Assembly: GCA_951406725.2 (NCBI GenBank)
Contig: OX597834.1
Location: 27,838,001 to 27,902,000, forward strand
DNA: 64,000 nt
Direction of reading: 5' to 3'
DNA from: Octopus vulgaris
Lineage: Eukaryota
Shown here: positions 1-14,335 of the stretch, piece by piece
How positions within the stretch are numbered: the stretch's first letter is position 1
Layout: every line of letters begins with the position of its first letter
Translations under genes and position numbers: made by a program
Notes under the pieces: generated by a model
Seen by the model: the letters and a program-made list of their open reading frames with translations, nothing else
Database searches by the model: none
What the model was told of the DNA's origin: nothing

Positions 1-505
<505 letters not shown>

Positions 506-923
506 GTATGGATGCAGCAGGGTTGCTCACGCAAGTACGTGCCGCACACACGCGTGTGCATGTTGGCCCGTTTTCATGCGCTTCTGGTCCACGCATTTTC
601 CCACTTTGGTGCACTTCTTGCAAATGTGTGCACATATTCGCCCGCATTCAACTGCACACGTTTATGATTGTTCGCTTCTGTTTTTGTCTGTATATATATA
701 TACAGATAAAGGGTGAAATATAATTAATTTAATAAAATCAATAAATTTCACCAAGTAGTATTTCGGTATGGAAAGGACCATATTCGGTAAAAATTTATAT
801 AATTATAATAAAGGGTTTTTTGCAGCGAGTTGCTTAAACCACATACAGAAAATATTAGAAATAGCAGTCAAAGTGCTACTATTACTATTACTACAAAAAT
901 AAGTCTCCACAAACAACAGTATT

Positions 924-966
<43 letters not shown>

Positions 967-1122
967 TCATACACAAACATACACACTCATACATGCACAC
1001 ACACGCACACACGCTCGCGCACACACACGTATATTCACGCGCGGACACGCGCGCACAAACTCATGTAGTCACTGATTCCATATTCAGGCACACTAACGCC
1101 ACCAGTTTCCTGTCCAGCCACG

Positions 1123-1307
1123 TGATCAAAGACACTCTCTTTTCTAAGGGAACAATTGTTCCTTGACCAATTGCAGCCCATCTCTCGGTAGCCATCTTGG
1201 ACTTCCTCTACCTCTCTCTTCATTCGGGTATTCTACAACCCTGAGAAGATAAGCTCCTTTAGGGGCCTGCGAAACTTGAACTAGCACGGAATCCGAATCA
1301 AACTGTT
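1123..1307 (-). repeat. Unclassified repeat, inverted copy of 5256-5482
   Basis: Reverse complement closely matches 5256-5482 (e.g. gtgctagttcaagtttcgcaggcccctaaaggagcttatct) apart from a ~42-bp indel. Confidence 0.85.
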
Positions 1308-2454
1308 TTGAATAATATATGTGTGTGTGTGTGTAAATAGATATGTGTATAAATGTATGTGTTTTATATATATATGGGTAAATATGCGTGTAAATGTATA
1401 TATATGTGCGTGTGTGTATGTGTGTGTAAATATATGTATGTATGTGTGTATGTATGTATGTACGTATTTATATATGTATATGCATGTACGTATGTATGTA
1501 TGTATGCACGTATTGTATGTATGTATGTATGTATGGTATGCATATAATATTCTTAACGAAAATTGAATTCGGGTTGCGCTACGAACTCGCAATTTCATTT
1601 ACAATAAAAAAAAAACATATTCTCTACGGCAGGTTTTGAGCACTCCTTCCAAAATGCACAATAAATAATATCAGATGTTAAAAACAATTACAAGTTCCAC
1701 GCATAAATATTACAAAATATAGGTAAAAGTATCTGATAAGCAATTGATTTATTTTGGGTTTTGTCTATAATGCGCTTATGCTTAGATAAAAGCATCGTAT
1801 ACTACGCTAATATATCCATTATCTGTACATCAGTAAATTTTATTAGACTTACAATGATTACCTTCGAAATCACTCTGTCATAGCAGGTCATTCAGTGTTC
1901 TCCTGTTCTGCAGAGAGTTGTAGAATAACACAGCACTATCTAAATTTTTGGGGGACTCTAGATATAAACCTGTAGTATTGCGAACTTCATATTATTCCTC
2001 ACTTGACCCTAATTGTAAGCTAATGATGTGATGCCAATGCATGTCCAAAAATCTTCCGCTGGAAATTTGAAACGAACTCTGCTTTTACTGGATAGTTGAC
2101 ATCAACGACCACGTGATCGCTTGTAAAGGAAGCGGATTCAATTGATTTCATTAGCAATCAAATCGACTCAATCAGCGAAACAACGTTTGAGAGAAAGAAA
2201 AAATGCTCGGAAAAACCGGGTTTTTTTTTTAATGAATAAGCATAAATAAGACTCTACAGTCTTTCACCACAAAAGTTATTATATTGAGCACTTTTACGAC
2301 TTTGTTTCACACAATAAACCAAAAAATACACGTTCATTTACTTATGCATAAATATATGTGTGTATATGTGTGTGTGAGTGTGTGTGTCACGTGTGTGTGT
2401 GTGTACATATATAGATATATATATATATATGTATACATAGGTATATATATATAT

Positions 2455-2668
2455 ATTCTTTTATTCTTTTAATTGCTTCAGTCATATGACTGAGGCAATG
2501 CTGGAGCACCGCCTTTAGTCGAACAAATCCATCCCAGGACTTATTCTTTGTAAGTCTCGTACTTACACTATCAGTCACTTTTGCTGAACCGCTAAGTTAC
2601 GGGGACGTAAACACAACAACATCGGTTATCATGCGATGGTGGAGATAAACACAGACACACAAATACAA

Positions 2669-2754
<86 letters not shown>

Positions 2755-2908
2755 GACGGCCTTCTTTCAGTTTCCGTCTACCAAATCCACTCACAAGTTT
2801 TGGGTCGGTTCGAGGCTATAGTACAAGACACTTGCCCAAGATGCCACGCAGTGGACTGAACCCGAAATGTGGTTGGGAAGCAAGCTTCTTACCACACAGC
2901 CACGCCTG
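2455..2908 (-). mobile_element. tRNA-derived SINE family A, full length, with internal (TA)n(TG)n
   Basis: A-box-like TGGCTGTGTGG, B-box-like GGTTCAGTCC, body GGCAAGTGTCTT...GGATTTGGTAGACGGAAACTGAAAGAAG and tail ATGACTGAAGCAATTAAAAGAAT; more than 12 copies in the window. Confidence 0.9.
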
Positions 2909-2910
2909 AG

Positions 2911-2989
<79 letters not shown>

Positions 2990-2993
<4 letters not shown>

Positions 2994-3162
2994 TAAATTA
3001 GAGATAAAACCACTAATAGGCAACTCAAACAGTGATAGACATAAACCAAAACATAAAAAATAAATAATATAATATACAATATAATTTATATTTATACTGT
3101 GAAATTTGATTTAATCCTAAATCTATTTTTTCCCTGTAAGTTTGGATATACTCCCTAATATT

Positions 3163-3172
<10 letters not shown>
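2990..3172. mobile_element. Short PLE-type terminal-repeat fragment in (TA)n (family of 14630 and 54625)
   Basis: GAGATAAAACCACTA and GATTTAATCCTAAATCT...CCCTGTAAGTTTGGAT match 54640 and 54945-55000. Confidence 0.6.
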
Positions 3173-3209
<37 letters not shown>

Positions 3210-3244
3210 ATTATATGTATATATGTATATATTTATATGCGTGT

Positions 3245-3438
3245 GTGTTTGTCCCCCTAGCATTGCTTGACAACCGATGCTGGTGTGTTTATGTCCCCGT
3301 TACTTAGCGGTTCGGCAAAAGAGACCGATAGAATAAGTACTGGGCTTACAAAAAGAATAAGTCCCGGGGTCGAGTTGCTCGATTAAAGGCGGTGCTCAGC
3401 ATGCCGCAGTCAAATGACTGAAACAAGTAAAAAAAAAA
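3245..3438 (+). mobile_element. SINE family A, 3' half
   Basis: CCCCTAGCATTGCTTGACAACCGATGCTGG...CAAATGACTGAAACAAGTAAAA. Confidence 0.9.
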
Positions 3439-3473
3439 ATATATATATATATACACACATGCATACACATATT

Positions 3474-3518
<45 letters not shown>

Positions 3519-3791
3519 TGATATATATGTATGTGTATACATATGTATATATACATATATATATATACATGTGTGTGTGTGTGAGTACATACGTATATGT
3601 ATGTGTATATGTGTATATGTATGTGTGTGAGTATGTAAGTGGGTGCTATGCGTGAGTGTGTGTGTGTTTGTGTTATAATATTGTCAGACTCAGACAGGTC
3701 ACTAAGCAGCTTGATACACCCACCTTACAATCTTGAATCCATTACAGACCTTCCAACGCTTTCCTTCTCCCGCTGTCCTTCTTTCGTTTTA

Positions 3792-3845
<54 letters not shown>

Positions 3846-3921
3846 TAGACACACATACACAAACATATTCTTACACTTTTTTATGCACTTTTATATGCGT
3901 GCTTGCTTACTGACACACACA

Positions 3922-4002
<81 letters not shown>

Positions 4003-4124
4003 GTATATACATATATATACATATATATACACATATACATATATACATATATATGTATATTATATGTATATGTATTATATATATACATATATATTGCATA
4101 TATATGCGAGTGTATTTATATATG

Positions 4125-4162
<38 letters not shown>

Positions 4163-4183
4163 TATATATATATATACGTAATC

Positions 4184-4223
<40 letters not shown>

Positions 4224-4680
4224 GTAATCGTGTATGTACACACGTGTGTGTACGTGTGCTGGCGCTGTGTGTACAAACGAAATCTATTAGCTATTAGGTT
4301 TTTGGTTCTTGAATTCACAATTCGTTTGGACGTTAATTAAAAGTCAAGTTAATCTGCCTGGCACCATCAATTCTTAATACCTTCGTAATATTCTTATTTA
4401 ATTCCTTGAAAGATGCTTTTAGCAAGTGTTGCTAGGAATAGACTGACTCCATATACTAGATATATCTAAACATTTAAAGAACAGTTCATTTCCATGACCT
4501 TATTTCGCTTCTTTTCTGTTTGTTTCTTATCATCATCTGAGGATACTTAGAGCCTTAATTAGTAGAACGCTAATTCTTCTCATTTGTTATAGCGTTATTA
4601 TACAGCTTCTGGTGTTAGTTCCAAAACGGTTACACCCTATTCATTGTATTTGGGTGAGTTCAAACACCTCTGCAGTAATA

Positions 4681-5065
4681 TCTCTCTATATATAAACGGC
4701 AGTTTGTCTGTCTGCGTGTCTGTGTGTCTGTTAGGTTGTACCCTCACCTTGACCACGGCTTTCAACCGATTCTGATGAAACTTGACACACACATAGCCCA
4801 ATGTCATAATTCAAAACTAACGCAGCGAAAATTTTGAAAAGTTCCCCCAGTTCTGAAAAAAATCGATAAATTCGACATGGGGTCGAGAATCAGAAACACA
4901 AACCACAGACTGTCTAGGGGATGCAACTCGACCTTTTTAACTCTCAAAAAAAAGATTTACCATAATTTTTTTCCATATTTTTGCTATTTTTTGGCTATAA
5001 CTCTCTAAAAATGCTTTATAGTTATTTCCCTTACAAACCCGAGCAACGCCGGGCGATACTGCTAG
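4681..5065 (+). mobile_element. Non-autonomous Helitron (385 bp)
   Basis: 5' TC after host A (TCTCTCTATATATAAA); 3' GC hairpin CCCGAGC-AAC-GCCGGG at 5038-5053, then CTAG followed by host T; no TSD. Confidence 0.85.
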
Positions 5066-5255
5066 TGACAGAATAAAAAGGAAAAAGAGCTGCCAGGTGG
5101 CTAAATCTTTAGAGTGACAGGTGACAATGTCTGGTGGCATATACGAAACATGTCGAAACACCGGTGACGCAGAAGCCCTCGTACAAATGAATTCAGTATA
5201 TGGGGTACATATTGTTGTCGATAAAAAAAGAAGTTATTCTCGGGAAAAAAAAATC

Positions 5256-5482
5256 AACAGTTTGATTCGGATTCCGTGCTAGTTCAAGTTTCGCAGGCCC
5301 CTAAAGGAGCTTATCTCCTTAGAGCCGTAGAATAACCGAATGAAGAGAGAGGTAGAGGAAGTCCAAGATGGCTACCGAGAGATGGGCTGCAATTGGTCAA
5401 TGAAGGTCACGAGATACCACAGTGGATGATATCGCTTGGTACGTGACAATTGTTCCCTTAGAAAAGAGAGTGTCTTTGATCA
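5256..5482 (+). repeat. Unclassified repeat, inverted partner of 1123-1307
   Basis: See 1123-1307. Confidence 0.85.
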
Positions 5483-5544
5483 TATGTGTGTTCGAATCTA
5501 CTGGAACATAATTAAATATGCAAAACATCGTTTGCATTTTCGTG

Positions 5545-5720
5545 CAAATAACGAATTATTAATTATATTACAAAAAACTTTTTAAAAATACAGAATGACA
5601 CGAACGTTTATGTATTATGTGTAAGCGCTTTTAGCTTTTCAGATTCAAGTTATGGAGTGTCCGTGTCATTCTGAGTTAATGCTTTGAGGTTTTTTTTATA
5701 TAAATAATTATTTTTATTTT
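5545..5720. mobile_element. Possible decayed foldback/MITE
   Basis: Perfect 12-bp IR CAGAATGACACG (5591-5602)/CGTGTCATTCTG (5662-5673), with looser AT-rich complementarity outside it. Confidence 0.4.
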
Positions 5721-5790
5721 TGGAAAAAACAATCTTTATAAAGAATAATTAGCTGAAATTCTTTTAAATGCATGTACATATATGCACAGG

Positions 5791-6057
5791 TGGAGACACA
5801 TTGCCTAGTGGTTAGAGCAGCGGACTCGCGGTCGAGGGATCGCGGGTTCGAATCTCAGACCGGGCGATGTGTGTGTTTATGAGCAAAACACCTAAGCTCC
5901 ACGCGGCTCCGGCAGAAGGTAATGGCGAACTTCTGCTGACTCTTTCGCTACTCTTTTGCCGGTCCGTCGCAGGTGGGGAACCTATACGCCAAGGAAACCG
6001 GGAAACCGAGAAACCGGCCCTATGAGCTAGGCTTGGCTCGAGAAGGAACAAGCAAAC
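5791..6057 (+). mobile_element. tRNA(Arg-like)-derived SINE family D
   Basis: Head TGCCTAGTGGTTAGAGCAGCGGACTCGCGGTCG...GGTTCGAATCTC with A and B boxes; homologues at 23517 and 63450. Confidence 0.85.
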
Positions 6058-6828
6058 ATATATATGCACATATATATATACACATATATATACAGACACT
6101 TATACGAATTTTGGTCATATATATATATATATATATACATATATATACATGATGTGTGTGCAGCACCTTATTTTCCTGTCTCCTGATTTTCGTCTATGTT
6201 TGTGCCTCAAAGCTAGCTCAACTTGATTCGTCCTTATTAGTCGAAAGACACCTGTCGCTATTCTCTTGTTTGTATTTGTAATCGTGTAACATTTTCTCGT
6301 TTTCTTGTCTGTGTTGTCGTACATATTCGCTTGCTTTCTTCCAAAAATTTTAGGCTCTTAGCTTGGATTTTTGTAACAGGCCAAAACTGTAATAATTTGG
6401 AAACTTGACTGATGAATAGAAGGCCACGAATGATCTATGCTTGTTTTTTCCTGTTCGTCTCTTTATCATCTATCTGTCCGCATGATTTTATTGTCATCTG
6501 TCACGTTCTTATTCCATTTTTTTAATTTATAAAGGAAGGTGTAGTACAAGATACATAAAGGAAGAGTACTACACCTTCCTTTATCTATAAATAGAAAAAA
6601 TTCTTGTTTGTCTCCATTTAACCAAGAATAAAAACCCTCCCCACTGATAGATCTAAATAACAAAGTGAACTCAATGATAAAATCTACAGACGGAGAATGA
6701 ACATACTACCACCATGTTCTTAATGATGAAATTAACCTCTCTGTCTATATATCTACCCTCTTTATAATGTTGGCAAATGAAACAGGGATAAGAATGTGCA
6801 TTGTCCGTTTAATTGGAAAATTCTATAT

Positions 6829-6914
6829 GTGGCTGAAGATTGCTCGACATTTTAAAACTGATGTAATGCTTACAGTGTTTAATAAAATGAAGTAGCCTGA
6901 AACAATCGTACTAC
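6829..6914 (+). ncRNA. Type I hammerhead ribozyme motif with long stem II, in PLE-like repeat 6815-7035
   Basis: GTGG-CTGAAGA-[~59 nt]-GAAA-CAATCG-TA-CTAC; homologous to the 23815-23900 motif. Confidence 0.6.
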
Positions 6915-7098
6915 TCTACCTTCGATATCCTTGTTGCTTATTTTGATTATAATCATCCCATTTGATTTATATGGATAATACCATACAAAATTCTGGTGCC
7001 TTTAACTTTAGTACCATATTCATCTGAATCTAAATTTTGCTGAACGTATATAAGTACCAACTCACGAAACTCTCAGCTCTTGAGTCACTCTTGTTTCT

Positions 7099-7217
<119 letters not shown>

Positions 7218-7251
7218 TAAGGATAGACTAATTCGTCGCCCTTGGATCATG

Positions 7252-7313
<62 letters not shown>

Positions 7314-7364
7314 ACCATGGGATTGCACCTAGAAAAGTTACCCTCCCAACCGGGCAAGATTGTC

Positions 7365-7470
7365 TATTGGAGGCGGAGTTGTCTCCCCCTACTCACAGGA
7401 TCTGGATAACTCCTACTCCATTTCCTGTTTTGACACTCTTTTACCAAATGCTTTAAACCAAGCACTACTT
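7365..7470 (+). pseudogene. Decayed PLE endonuclease C-terminus (Neptune-like)
   Basis: Translates NSYSISCFDTLLPNALNQ, resembling the ESYWIxxLxTLxPxGLN end of PLE ORFs. Confidence 0.4.
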
Positions 7471-7839
7471 TTAATCACATGGATCTTAATCCTCCAAAGA
7501 AATTTTTCCAAAAACTATTATTGAACTCTAAAAGTATAAAGACTCAACAATCTATCGGTATACTTATTAGTTTTTTATTATGTATATTTTTTTTTTAAAA
7601 AAACATTGTAAATTTCTTTTTTCCCCTTCCTCAATTTTAAAAAAATTTCTTTTCCCCTTCCAAATCTTGATAATTTGCCTTGCGATGAAAGCCGATTTGA
7701 TTTAATATTTTTTCTTTTTTAATTTTCCATACACCCATTTTTATTAAAATTTACTTTCAATTTAGCATTCTGCCTTATTATAATTTTTCCTCTCCTATCA
7801 TTTCTTCACGTGCAGTCAACACAACCCCACCATTTACTG

Positions 7840-7870
<31 letters not shown>

Positions 7871-7877
<7 letters not shown>

Positions 7878-7980
7878 ATCACGTGACCGACCAGACCATC
7901 AGATGTTGCTACACATCGCTGGTCACAATGCACTTCGCATTGTTTTTGGCCTTCGATAAACGCCACCCCGCTGGCTAAGC

Positions 7981-8026
<46 letters not shown>

Positions 8027-8200
8027 GACAGGCTTCTTGCAGTTTCCGTCTGCCAAATCCACTCATAAGGCTTTGGTCGGCCCGAGGCAATAGTACATTT
8101 GATAGGGAAGCGCTTACCCCAAGTTCCAGGCTGTAAGTCTGCACACGGAACCATATACGAGTAGTAGCGAAGCAGACTTCTTACCAGACAGCCGCGGCTG
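7871..8200 (-). mobile_element. SINE family C (family-A-like middle, different tail ending in CACGTGAT repeats)
   Basis: Shares GGCCGACCAAAGCCTT...GACGGAAACTG with family A, but the 3' half is unrelated. Confidence 0.75.
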
Positions 8201-8708
8201 TACATAACGTCTGAAGGAAAAACAGCGTCTTAAAAGACCATTCGCCATGAAGCACTAAGCGGCCGATTAACGTGTATGACTGTTAAAGTCTTGAGATATC
8301 TGGAATTAGAGGATCACAAAGAAGAATTGTGAGAAAAATCAGAGCATTCCATCAAAACTGAAACAGGAAAACCTGACCTTTTAAAGAGATTTATCGCAAT
8401 CTTTGTACATCTTTAATAAGGTGGCGTTTTAATGACAAAGTTTTATGATTATACAAATGATACAAGTAGATTGTGAGAGATATGTGTGTGTACACATGAG
8501 ATGGGTTGAAGGACATGATGGTTTATTTGCTTTCTTTTTCTTTCCTTTTTACTTTTTTTTTTCTATTAATATTCATTATCATACTTATACACTAAGTTAT
8601 GTATATATGTATTTATATGTGCGTATGTGTATGTGTGTGTGTTTGTGCTTCTATTTATTCATCAGATTATCTATCCATCTCTAAAAAAATATATATGTAC
8701 ATACATAC

Positions 8709-8765
<57 letters not shown>

Positions 8766-8812
8766 TAGTTGAATGAATTATCTTAGTATGGATAATTCAA
8801 CTCCATTCTTTC

Positions 8813-8862
<50 letters not shown>

Positions 8863-8863
8863 C

Positions 8864-8936
<73 letters not shown>

Positions 8937-9520
8937 CATACATATATCATTCAGCAACGGTAGTAGTTGAATAATATTCTGAAGGCCGCAATTCATTCAC
9001 ACGCAGCATCTTTCAGAGCTTGTCGCTAATTCAGTTCTTAACCAAAGTAAAAACTGCTAACATTTTTGAAGAGGGGACTGGTCCCTAGCTATATTTTGGC
9101 ATTCAAAATTGAGATTTAGTCCAGTAGAAAAAAAGATTACAGAAAAATTTGAAGCAACGCTAAAGGAGAATAAGTAACGCCTCCAATCAAATGTAGTTCT
9201 AAATAACATTTTTTATTTTAAAAGCGAAGTATATCTATCTTAGCTTCAATGATAGAAGAAAGCATGAGGAATTTCATAGTTTTGGTCCCATGCAACAAAA
9301 CTTTGTATCAAAACAGCTGTGAGGTAAAATATCATGAAAAAATATAAGGCAAAAAATTGGATTTAAGTATAATTAACTTTTTATATTTTTATAAAACGAA
9401 CTATATGTTAATTAAGCTTCAACGATAAAGCTCAATTCGAGGAATTTCATGGTATCAATCTCATGGAATGAAGTTTCAAAAGAAAAATGTTATGAGTTTG
9501 TTTCTCAAATTTGAGTGTTA

Positions 9521-9744
9521 TACTCTTTTACTCTTTTACTTGTTTCAGTCATTTGACTGCGGCCATGCTGGAGCACCGCCTTTAATCGATCAAATCGACC
9601 CCGGGACTTATTCTTTGTAAGCCCAGTACTTATTCTATCGGTCTCTTTTGCCGAACCGCTAAGTGACGGGGACGTAAACACACCAGCATCGGTTGTCAAG
9701 CAATGCTAGGGGGACAAACACAGACACACAAACCCACACACACT

Positions 9745-9814
<70 letters not shown>

Positions 9815-9975
9815 TACGACAGGTTTCTTTCAGTTTCCGTCTACCAAATCCACTCACAAGGCATTGGTTGGCCCGGGTCTATAGCAGAAGACACTTGCCC
9901 AAGATGCCACGCAGTGGGACCGAACCCGGAACCATGTGGTTGGTTAGCAAGCTACTTACCACACAGCCACTCCTG
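9521..9975 (-). mobile_element. SINE family A, full length
   Basis: Head, body, internal microsatellite and (GAGTAAAA)n tail all present. Confidence 0.93.
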
Positions 9976-10037
9976 TATATATGATATACTTTTTTTATGA
10001 ATTTAGTTCTATAAGGGGACTTTTAATATATATCACC

Positions 10038-10201
10038 GGCGTAGGAGTGGCTGTGTGGTAAGTAGCTTGCTAACCAACCACATGGTTCCGGGTTCAGTCC
10101 CACTACGTGGCATCTTGGGCAAGTGTCTTCTGCTATAGCCCCGGGCCGACCATGCCTTGTGAGTGGATTTGGTAGACGGAAACTGAAAGAAGCCTGTCGT
10201 A

Positions 10202-10243
<42 letters not shown>

Positions 10244-10474
10244 GGTGGGTGGGTTTGTGTGTCTGTGTTTGTCCCCCTAGCATTGCTTGACAACCGATGC
10301 TGGTGTGTTTACGTCCCCGTCACTTAGCGGTTCGGTAAAAGAGACCGATGGAATAAGTACTGGGCTTACAAAAGAATAAGTCCCGGGGTCGATTTGATCG
10401 ACTAAAGGCGGTGCTCCAGCATGGCTGCAGTCAAATGACTGAAACAAGTAAAAGAGTAAAGAGTAAAGAGAGTA
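10038..10474 (+). mobile_element. SINE family A, full length, head-to-head with the previous copy
   Basis: GGCGTAGGAGTGGCTGTGTGG...GGTTCAGTCCC...AAGTAAAAGAGTAAAGAG. Confidence 0.93.
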
Positions 10475-10885
10475 TCATTGAAGTAAGGAAAACATACTCA
10501 ACTACTCCGCTAATTGGCACATTTGACACATTATTAATTAGCATAATTAGCATAGCCGGGATAAAACATAGATTACATGAAAAAATACGAGCGCGAGAAA
10601 TAAAATTCTCAAGATTATAAACCTGGAAAAGTACAGGACAATTTATTACATCTGGTAAAGTACAACACAAATATTTTTACTTAAAATATTGCAGCCAAGA
10701 ATTTGATATTACTGCCCTCGTTTTAGTTTCTTGCCACGATTCAGGTTTACCTGAGATCTTGATCAACAGAAGGCCAAGGTAATACTTAAAAGCATCTTGC
10801 TCCCATGCAATCTCGACCTCACAAATCAAAATACTAAATAGCTGTGGGCCTCTGAACTCCAAGGTATTGCAGGACTTAATCTAGA

Positions 10886-11216
10886 CACGTGGTCCTCAAC
10901 CGGGGTCCATATTACCTTTGTGTTCCATTAAAATTTTTTCGGGGCCCATAAAACTAAATAATAAAGTAGGCCACACACAGTATTATATTTAGGGCCCACG
11001 GAAAAATTTCGCTTTAGATGTGTTTATGGAAAGAAACCCTTTGGGTTCTTACTAAAACGTTTTGCATAGTTCAATCTGTACAGGTTAATATGTGGAATAC
11101 AAGATTGGAATTTTGAAAGAAATCACTACAAAACTAGTTTTTATGTATCAAATGGCTATTGGGGTCCAGCAGAGATGAAATAATAATTAAAGGTAAACAG
11201 CAGGTGAGAATCACTG
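10886..11216. mobile_element. hAT (Charlie-like) MITE, decayed
   Basis: Imperfect TIRs CAcGTGGTCCTCAACC/GGTGAGAATCACTG, internal GGGGTCCA/GGGCCCA motifs, and TCTAGA at the left flank. Confidence 0.6.
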
Positions 11217-11318
11217 CTCTACACTCTAGAATAAGGTATACATACATGCATCCATCCATCCATTTATACATACACACATACATACATACAGACAGACACA
11301 GAGACATATGTATATATA

Positions 11319-11355
<37 letters not shown>

Positions 11356-11415
11356 GGTGGAGAATGGGGGGGAGCGGGAGGTAAATAGACAGATAGACAG
11401 ATGAACAAACCCATA

Positions 11416-11432
11416 TGTGTGTGTGTGTGTGT

Positions 11433-11528
<96 letters not shown>

Positions 11529-11815
11529 CAGTGCGCGCGCGTGTGTGTGTGTGTGTAACAAATGGTATAATTATAAACATGGCAAACTTTGGCTATTTCT
11601 CCGCAGAATGAAAAATTATATATACATATATATATAAATACATGTATACATATATTACATACATACATACATACATGCATACATACATACATACATACAT
11701 ACATACATACATACATACATACATACATACATACATACATACATACATACATACATACATACATACATACATACATACATACATACATACATACATACAT
11801 ACATACATACATACA
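11416..11815. repeat. (TG)n and long (CATA)n microsatellites
   Basis: Directly visible. Confidence 0.97.
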
Positions 11816-11946
11816 TAACGTGGTGTATATGTATGATATTGAATATCATCACGCAGATAAACGGTTACGTATTTACATTCAGTATAATTGAATGTTTAAT
11901 CAAAAGTATAGCATACACATACGTACGCACGCACATAGACACACAC

Positions 11947-11978
<32 letters not shown>

Positions 11979-12061
11979 GTATATATATATATGTATGTAT
12001 ATATATATATATCATTTATACACCTCACATTTACAAAGACATACATCTACACTTACATATA

Positions 12062-12142
<81 letters not shown>

Positions 12143-12170
12143 TATGCATATATATATATACATATATAGA

Positions 12171-12218
<48 letters not shown>

Positions 12219-12314
12219 TGTATACTTACACATAAGTACTCATATATATATATATATATATATAAGAAATAATTTTTGCCTGTTATTATGGAGACAAAAG
12301 GGTTTATAAGACTG

Positions 12315-12367
<53 letters not shown>

Positions 12368-12371
12368 AATA

Positions 12372-12424
<53 letters not shown>

Positions 12425-13138
12425 ATATACATCTGTACGTATGTATATTATCACACGCATATCCACACGCATATCGATAAACATATGTATGCACACTCAC
12501 ACTTACACAGACACACGTAAATATACGTAAGTATATATATATATGTGTGTGTATGTGTGTGCATATATATGTATACATCTATATATAAACACACACACAT
12601 TCTCACGTGTGTGTATGTGTATGCATGTATGTGTGCAAGTGTATGTTTGTCTGAGTATTTTTGTGTGTTTGTGCGTGTGGTTTGCTGCTGCATTCATCTC
12701 TTTATTTTCAATGTATTTGCAAATCTTTCGGTTGGTTTGTTCTCTATAAATGGAAGCTAAAGAGATGTTATCTCGCTTCAGCAGGCCTGGTGTATATATT
12801 TGCCTGTAATAAAGGACATAGACAAGCCTATGTAGCATGCTTGCTTGACTCTCGTCATATTGCTGTGATTAATCAATGAGAAAGAGAGCGTTGCATCGAG
12901 AAATTTGGAGTCGTGCATTAGCAGAAACTGGCCCGCCATCGCCGCTGCCACGGCTGCTGCTGCTGCTGCTGCTGCTACCGATGGTGGACTGAAGCACCGG
13001 AGAATATGTGTGTGAAAGTAAAAGTACGTTAAACTCCACGAATATATGTATGCGTGTGTGTACGATATATATATATATATAAGTGTGTGTGTGTATGTAT
13101 GTATATAATTCATACATTATATATATACATACATGTGC

Positions 13139-13226
<88 letters not shown>

Positions 13227-13258
13227 TTACATATATATAAATATATATATATATATAA

Positions 13259-13315
<57 letters not shown>

Positions 13316-13455
13316 TTAGTATATATATATATATTTATGTGTTTGTATATAAATATGCTTCATTGAATATATAAATACATATGTACATATATATATGCAA
13401 ATTTATATTCATACATACACACATACATAAATTCATATATATATATGTGTGTGTG

Positions 13456-13490
<35 letters not shown>

Positions 13491-14176
13491 ATATATATAT
13501 ATGTGTGTGTGTATATATATATATATGTATATATATGTATATATAATGCATATAAATAAACACATACAAACGTGCATACCTATCAACAAAACACATACAT
13601 ATCTGTAACAGCGTATATACCTACTTACACTTCACAAAACAGGCTACAGACACTCTTTACACACACATAACGAAACTGACTCTGCAAACACTACACACAC
13701 ATGCATAAAACATAGATAAAGAAATTCTAAGATAGATATCACTGGCAAAATAAGGAAGAACAAAAGAGAAAGGGGATATAGTATTGTCTTTGGAGAAAAG
13801 ACAAGAGAGAGGGAGACTGAATGAAGCTTGTTAAAAAGCAAACGTGATGTGACTGTTTTTATTGTCTATGTAAATAGAATAGCTATGAAGTGCTTGTTGG
13901 CTTTTCTATCAGCAGTCTCTCCACCCTCTTCACAAAATTGCTATTTAAGTGGAAGCAACATATTTAGACGAGACAGCGCTGGACATCGATAAGGAGATTT
14001 CTAAGTGATCGTGTTTTCAACGATGTTCTAGGCCTCTTTTAAACCATATCTGTAACCGTACTGTAACATGTGTGTATATATGTATATATATAATGTGATA
14101 TATACGTGTCTGTGTGTATGTGGTGTTATGTGTGTATGTAGCAATCTATTAAAGTATATAGATATCTACGTATTTT

Positions 14177-14243
<67 letters not shown>

Positions 14244-14293
14244 TGTGTGTGTTTATGTGTTAGTGTGACTAGGTCTGTGTGTGAATGCATTCT

Positions 14294-14335
<42 letters not shown>

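Noticed and set aside
747-790. Hammerhead-like hairpin plus GAAA on the minus strand
   Set aside because: No recognisable core or stem I.
4772-4785. CTGATGAAAC inside the Helitron
   Set aside because: No stem II or stem I; a chance match.
5791-5870. tRNA-Arg-like gene
   Set aside because: No closing acceptor stem; it continues into a SINE body seen in other copies.
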